Below are positions 30,121 to 34,898 of a DNA stretch of 34,898 nucleotides, one piece after another. Under the pieces are notes generated by a model. It saw only the letters and a program-made list of their open reading frames with translations. It was not told where the DNA came from and made no database searches. Positions within the stretch are counted from its first letter, which is position 1; every line of letters starts with the position of its first letter. The DNA comes from Stramenopiles sp. TOSAG23-6 (taxonomy: Eukaryota). A program made the translations under genes and the position numbers. The stretch is taken from assembly GCA_900128565.1 (NCBI GenBank), contig LT635948.1, forward strand, positions 1-34,898, given 5' to 3'.

Positions 30121-31905
30121 ATGTCCTACTCTCAACCGCGACGGAGAAAAAAGCGTTCGCTTGCAAGTGAGTTAAGGTATAAGAAAGTGTACGAAGCCGA
30201 AGTTCCGAAAACAAGATTACTAGACACTCGAAACGCTTTTACATTAACACCAGTCACAGACCCGAAGAAAAAGGTACTCCAAGCACGACAGAAAGCAGCT
30301 GGAAAGCCAATACAAGAAGTAATCGTTGAAAAAGAAATCAAAGAGAATATCATCGATCCTCCTGTAGTTAAGCAAGTATTGGAAGAACTTGAGGATGCCA
30401 TGGCCAATATGGGACCTTCACGAGATCCAGCAGAGACAAATCCAACCCTTATTGGTGAACATTCTATTTATAAGTTTGTAAAAGGTATGAATGATACACA
30501 GAGAGAAGATGCAGCTCAACGTGTTCGTTCAAGAATTGGACTAATAGTTGAAGCTTTACGGCGTAAATGCTCTGAAGTACACAAAGCTATGGATCGTAAA
30601 GGTGTTTTTCATACTACAGCAAACCGAAAAAGAAGTGAAACAATACTTCAAGTTGAATTAAGAAAACTTCGACTTGATGTTATTGAAGCAGATGTATTAG
30701 AAGAGATGCATTATGAAAGTAATATAGATTCGAAAGACAGTAATAATGATGCAGCACCATTTAATGCAAATGAACATTTAAAAACTGTACGGCATCGATG
30801 GCCTACTTCAAAGCCAATAGTTATGCCTCCTCCTGATGAAGTAGAAAATCGATGGAAACAACAAACTGCAGGTTTTGCAAATCACATACGCACTCGAGCT
30901 CTTGGAACTGCTGTCACTCATCGACCGTTAGTATTTAGAAAGGTTCGCAAAAGTCGAACTCTTGGGACATTTCTTAGTACATTAACTGAAGAAGAAAGAA
31001 TAGCAAAGGCAAAACCATGGCGAAGTAATTTTGAAAAAAGGAAAGATAAAACTCAAACGTTGGTGGATGAAAACGTAGTTGGAAATAAATCTAATACCAA
31101 ACTTGAAATAGTAGATAGTACACATAATAGAGATTTTAATGATCAAATGATAGATAATGATGAAACAGTAAATGATTCATCTCAAGAAAATTCATCAAAA
31201 AAGTCAACAACAACAAAAACAGGAATGAAAACTCCAAATCGAGCACGAGTTAAACCTTCGTATCAATCAGCAATTGAACAAATATGGAAAACACTTGAAG
31301 TTCCAATGATACAAAAGTTGACATACCTTGTCAAGTATTCAAATCCTGAACTTGCGCCATATTTGGGCGAATCTGTTACAAACTTGGGTATTGCCAGCGA
31401 GATGATTTCATCTAGAGAAACTCTTCTTCGTATGATGTACGTTTCCATGATAAATTTCAAATATTTTTTTTCGTACGAAATTCCGTACCTAACAATTTTT
31501 TTGTAAAATATTTTTTCACAATACATGCGTAGTATTCAGTCAAATCCTGAGCAAAGAAATGGACTTGAAATAGATGAAAACACAATGAAAACATTGGAAG
31601 AGCAAAATTGTTTCATTTCATCATTGGATACATTTGGTGTACCAACATTTATACGATTCGCCCAAATTGTTTGTAAATTGAGTGCAAAATTAAAATTATT
31701 TTTAGAAGAAATTCAAACTGATCTAGGAGATGTTGTTACATTTAGAGGTGGAAGTTACCTCAAAGTTCTTAAAGATTCCTTAGGTTTTGAAAACAAATGG
31801 ATGAATACAGAAAAATTAGATTGGCGAAAAGTAGGCATTCCACCTTTGTGTATTTATCATACCAACCCAACCTTACGAAGATATGGTACTCGTGTTGCTA
31901 CCTAA
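30121..31905 (+). CDS. Mirror copy: CCDC87-like protein; intron 31437-31526
   Basis: Exact reverse complement of 2994-4778. Confidence 0.58.
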
Positions 31906-32312
31906 TACATTTTGATAGTATAAAGAATAATGAAAAATAATTGAATGGTTTTTACTAACTAGAAAAATAAATTTATTCAATAAGTAAGTAAAGGTAATTT
32001 GATATAATAAAAAAATAATCACAGTTTTTTTTTCGTGTTGACCATTCTGATTTTTTTTCAAATGATTTGATGCTGTGCGCATCTTTCATTGGGATATTTT
32101 TCATCCATTATTTTTACATTTTTGTTTTTCATACCAAGTTGTATGCCAGTACGGATTTCCGTACCAAAATTGGTTGGACCAAAATCGCCGATCGGTGTTT
32201 TTTTTTCATGAATTGTTTCGCTCGCGCACGATAGGCCACGCATAGATAAGAAGCAAAAGTTCTTGGAAAAACTAGTAAGTGGAGAGAGTGAAGTAATATA
32301 TGTTCACGCAGC

Positions 32313-33374
32313 ATGCTTCTGTTACTCCCCGAAGATGTCGTTGTCGTGGCCATTTCCTTCCTCTGTCCACCCGAGCTCCTCTGCACTGAATCTGTGTGCA
32401 GCTACCTTCTTTCCCTACGCGAAAAGAAGCAGCTGCTCGACGAGGTCTGGGCGGCTTCACAGCTGCTCAACAGCGCACGCTCCATGTGGCTCTCTCCTTT
32501 CCTGGGCGACGATTTGTCTCCAAGGTTGCTCTACCAGCGCCTCTTTCAACTGGATCTGGACGCTTCCGCATGCACGAAAAGTCGCTATGTCGAGCCTGTC
32601 ATCCAGTTCTCGCCATCGCAAGTTTGCATCAATCCAGACAACGTCGGCTTTCTCTTGGAGCTGTCACAGTGTGACTTTGACGGCAAAGAATTGAAGAAAA
32701 CTATCTTCCGGACCAAACATGTGTTAGCCAAGGGGTGCCGAGTGCGTGCTCGGGCACAGCCACATAATGACGAGGAAACATTTCTAGAAGATGAAATAAA
32801 TAACGAACTTTGTGTTTTTGCTAGAAGCCTAGAACTTACTGACGTTGCTAGTCCTGTCCAGGGATATTGGCCTGCGGAACGCGATTGCTGTGCTCAGCCT
32901 ATTGGTTTTATGTCGTTTCGGCTGTTCTGTGTTGATTCCCAGCGGCGCAAAATTGCCGTGTTCACTCATTTTGTGAATCGGGGTCAAGAGATAGATTGCC
33001 TCTCAAGTGTTGGTGATCCTTCCTCTAGGCCGATGGAAAACTGGTACCAAAAATGCAACCTTGCAAACGGCCAAAATGCAACTTTCATGTTGCATTGCAA
33101 TTACAAATTTACTGACACCGGTCGCCATCCTTTTGGTAAGGTTGTCGGAGCTGTCGGAGAGGTCGCGCAATTTGTGTTGAGTGTCAAACTTTTGGAAGCC
33201 GGTGAGCGGCCTAACTCAGACTTTGATATTGACAATGACTGGGACTATGACAAACTCAAGCTCTTGGGTAACCGTTTAGGTGACAAACTCAACGGTGTCA
33301 ATATGAACTGGGAGGCTAATCGAAAACTTGCGATGTCCGCAATCACTGGTAACGCATCCATCAAGTGGCGCTGA
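32313..33374 (+). CDS. Mirror copy: F-box-like protein (hairpin at 33344-33391)
   Basis: Exact reverse complement of 1525-2586. Confidence 0.58.
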   Translation: MLLLLPEDVVVVAISFLCPPELLCTESVCSYLLSLREKKQLLDEVWAASQLLNSARSMWLSPFLGDDLSPRLLYQRLFQLDLDASACTKSRYVEPVIQFSPSQVCINPDNVGFLLELSQCDFDGKELKKTIFRTKHVLAKGCRVRARAQPHNDEETFLEDEINNELCVFARSLELTDVASPVQGYWPAERDCCAQPIGFMSFRLFCVDSQRRKIAVFTHFVNRGQEIDCLSSVGDPSSRPMENWYQKCNLANGQNATFMLHCNYKFTDTGRHPFGKVVGAVGEVAQFVLSVKLLEAGERPNSDFDIDNDWDYDKLKLLGNRLGDKLNGVNMNWEANRKLAMSAITGNASIKWR

Positions 33375-33617
33375 TGGATGCGTTACCAGTGGGTCAAAGT
33401 CACAGTGGAGTATGTGACTGAATCTCAACTGCGTGACAAAACATGTCATCTGAAGTCAGTAAGTGGACAAGTTCTACTACCCTTGAGTACAAATGTTGTA
33501 TCTACAGTTAAAGAAGACAATGGAAACGTTTATAAAAAGATAATTGAAACGTTTTCAATAAACTTTTATTTTTTTTTCTCAAAATTGTTTTACACATTTT
33601 GATAAATTTAAATCCTT

Positions 33618-34799
33618 TTATGCAATTGCAAAATATTCATCGGGGTTGTTGGATAAACACACAGATTGATAATCAGAGCAACATGTTCCTTTTTTTTCAC
33701 ATCGATGATCACATGTACATTTACCTTTTCTTCCACGAACATAATAACAACCCAAAGTTGCACAAGAATTACTACCTCCAGATGATGGCGTTGGAGGTCT
33801 ATGATGAGGTTTTGTGGAGGGTGATGCATTACATATCTTTGCATGATCAGAACAACAATTATTATATTGAACACATTTTGAATCACATTGGCATTTACCA
33901 CGTCTTCCAGTTACATAACTACAACCAAGTGTTGCACATGATCCACTGCCTGCTTTGTTTTGCCACACCGTTGCATTTGCCAGATGTATTTTGAAAAATA
34001 GTTTACACAAATATTGAGTTTGTTATAAAATGTTTTCATCGTAAAAAAATAAATTCAACATTCATGATGAAAATAAACATTTAAAAAAAAAAAATCTTTT
34101 TTGTTTTTGTTTTTTTGCTTAGGTACAAAATTTCATACGAAAAAAAAAAATAAAAATTCATGATGAAAAACATACATCCCCAGTAATAACATTTTGGTAT
34201 ACTTTAATAACTTGAGGATTTCCTGTGAGTTTCAATGTAAAATCTCTGTTCGATCGACGCCAAGCACTTGGATCATCAGAATGTGGAGTAAATGTTGCAG
34301 CGCCTCCTGGGTAATCAGAATCAGACCAATTTCCTGTACTTAATCCAAGTATTGTGAAAAATNTTTTTTTTTTTTTTTTTGGATAATAAAAAAATTCGTT
34401 AGGTACAAAATTTTCATAGTAAAACAATTAGGTAAAACATTCATTATAGATAATATACGAGTTCTTTTCCATCTACAATCCAAAACTTTTGATGGTTGTA
34501 CATATACCGATCATATTGCCATGCAGAATGAAGAACGATTCCAACCGAAACGAGTTTCTCGTAGCAAGAAGTAGCCATTTCATGTATAGTAAAAAAATAT
34601 TTTGAAAAAATATTTGTTAGGTACAAAATTTCGTATGAAAACAAAATACAAATTATAAATTATAAATTGAAATAAATCATGAAAACGTACATGATCCGTT
34701 TCATCGTAAATTGTTGCAGAGAGAAGAATGGTGAGTTTAATACCTCGTTTATGTAAATCAATTAATAATTCACATAAATGATCAGATGTAATTTGATAC
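33618..34799 (-). CDS. Mirror copy: PLD + somatomedin-B-like protein; introns 34800-34898 (partial), 34582-34690, 34347-34458, 33984-34175
   Basis: Exact reverse complement of 100-1281. Confidence 0.78.
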
Positions 34800-34814
34800 A
34801 TGTATTGTGAAAAA

Positions 34815-34856
<42 letters not shown>

Positions 34857-34898
34857 AATGGTTTGGGACAAAATTCCGGGCGAAAAAAAAATTAAAAA

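Larger units (their letters stand above)
1..34898. repeat. Whole-window perfect inverted duplication (palindrome), arms 1-17449 and 17450-34898, no spacer
   Basis: Every ORF is mirrored at 34899-x. The centre reads ...ccatttcaa|ttgaaatggg... Ambiguous bases are mirrored too (N536/N34363; N7977, 7980, 7989, 7991 / N26922, 26919, 26910, 26908). Confidence 0.98.

Overview
AT-rich, gene-dense eukaryotic nuclear DNA (protist; a stramenopile is plausible but is inference). The whole window is one perfect palindrome centred on CAA|TTG at 17449/17450. Position x mirrors 34899-x, including the N calls, so it holds only about 17.4 kb of unique sequence and is most likely an assembly or amplification fold-back. 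The unique arm encodes a PLD-family enzyme with two somatomedin-B-like domains (5'-partial), a GC-rich F-box-like protein, a CCDC87-like protein, a SAM-like protein, a TPR protein, coatomer epsilon, a Sel1-repeat/MYND protein, a METTL21-type methyltransferase, a mitochondrial carrier, an EHD-family ATPase, an orphan WD40 exon and a truncated 87-nt-unit ankyrin-like array. The main observation is that all 10 introns I can infer in the unique arm (9 complete) belong to one sequence family: GTAYRTTTT...TGTACCTAAC...TTTTTCACAATAC-NN. None ends in AG (ends are CAT, CTT or CGG). Each core GT...AC element is flanked by an identical or near-identical dinucleotide, mostly AT. Removing the core plus one dinucleotide copy restores conserved protein motifs exactly. 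This suggests an introner-like element family spliced without the canonical AG acceptor.
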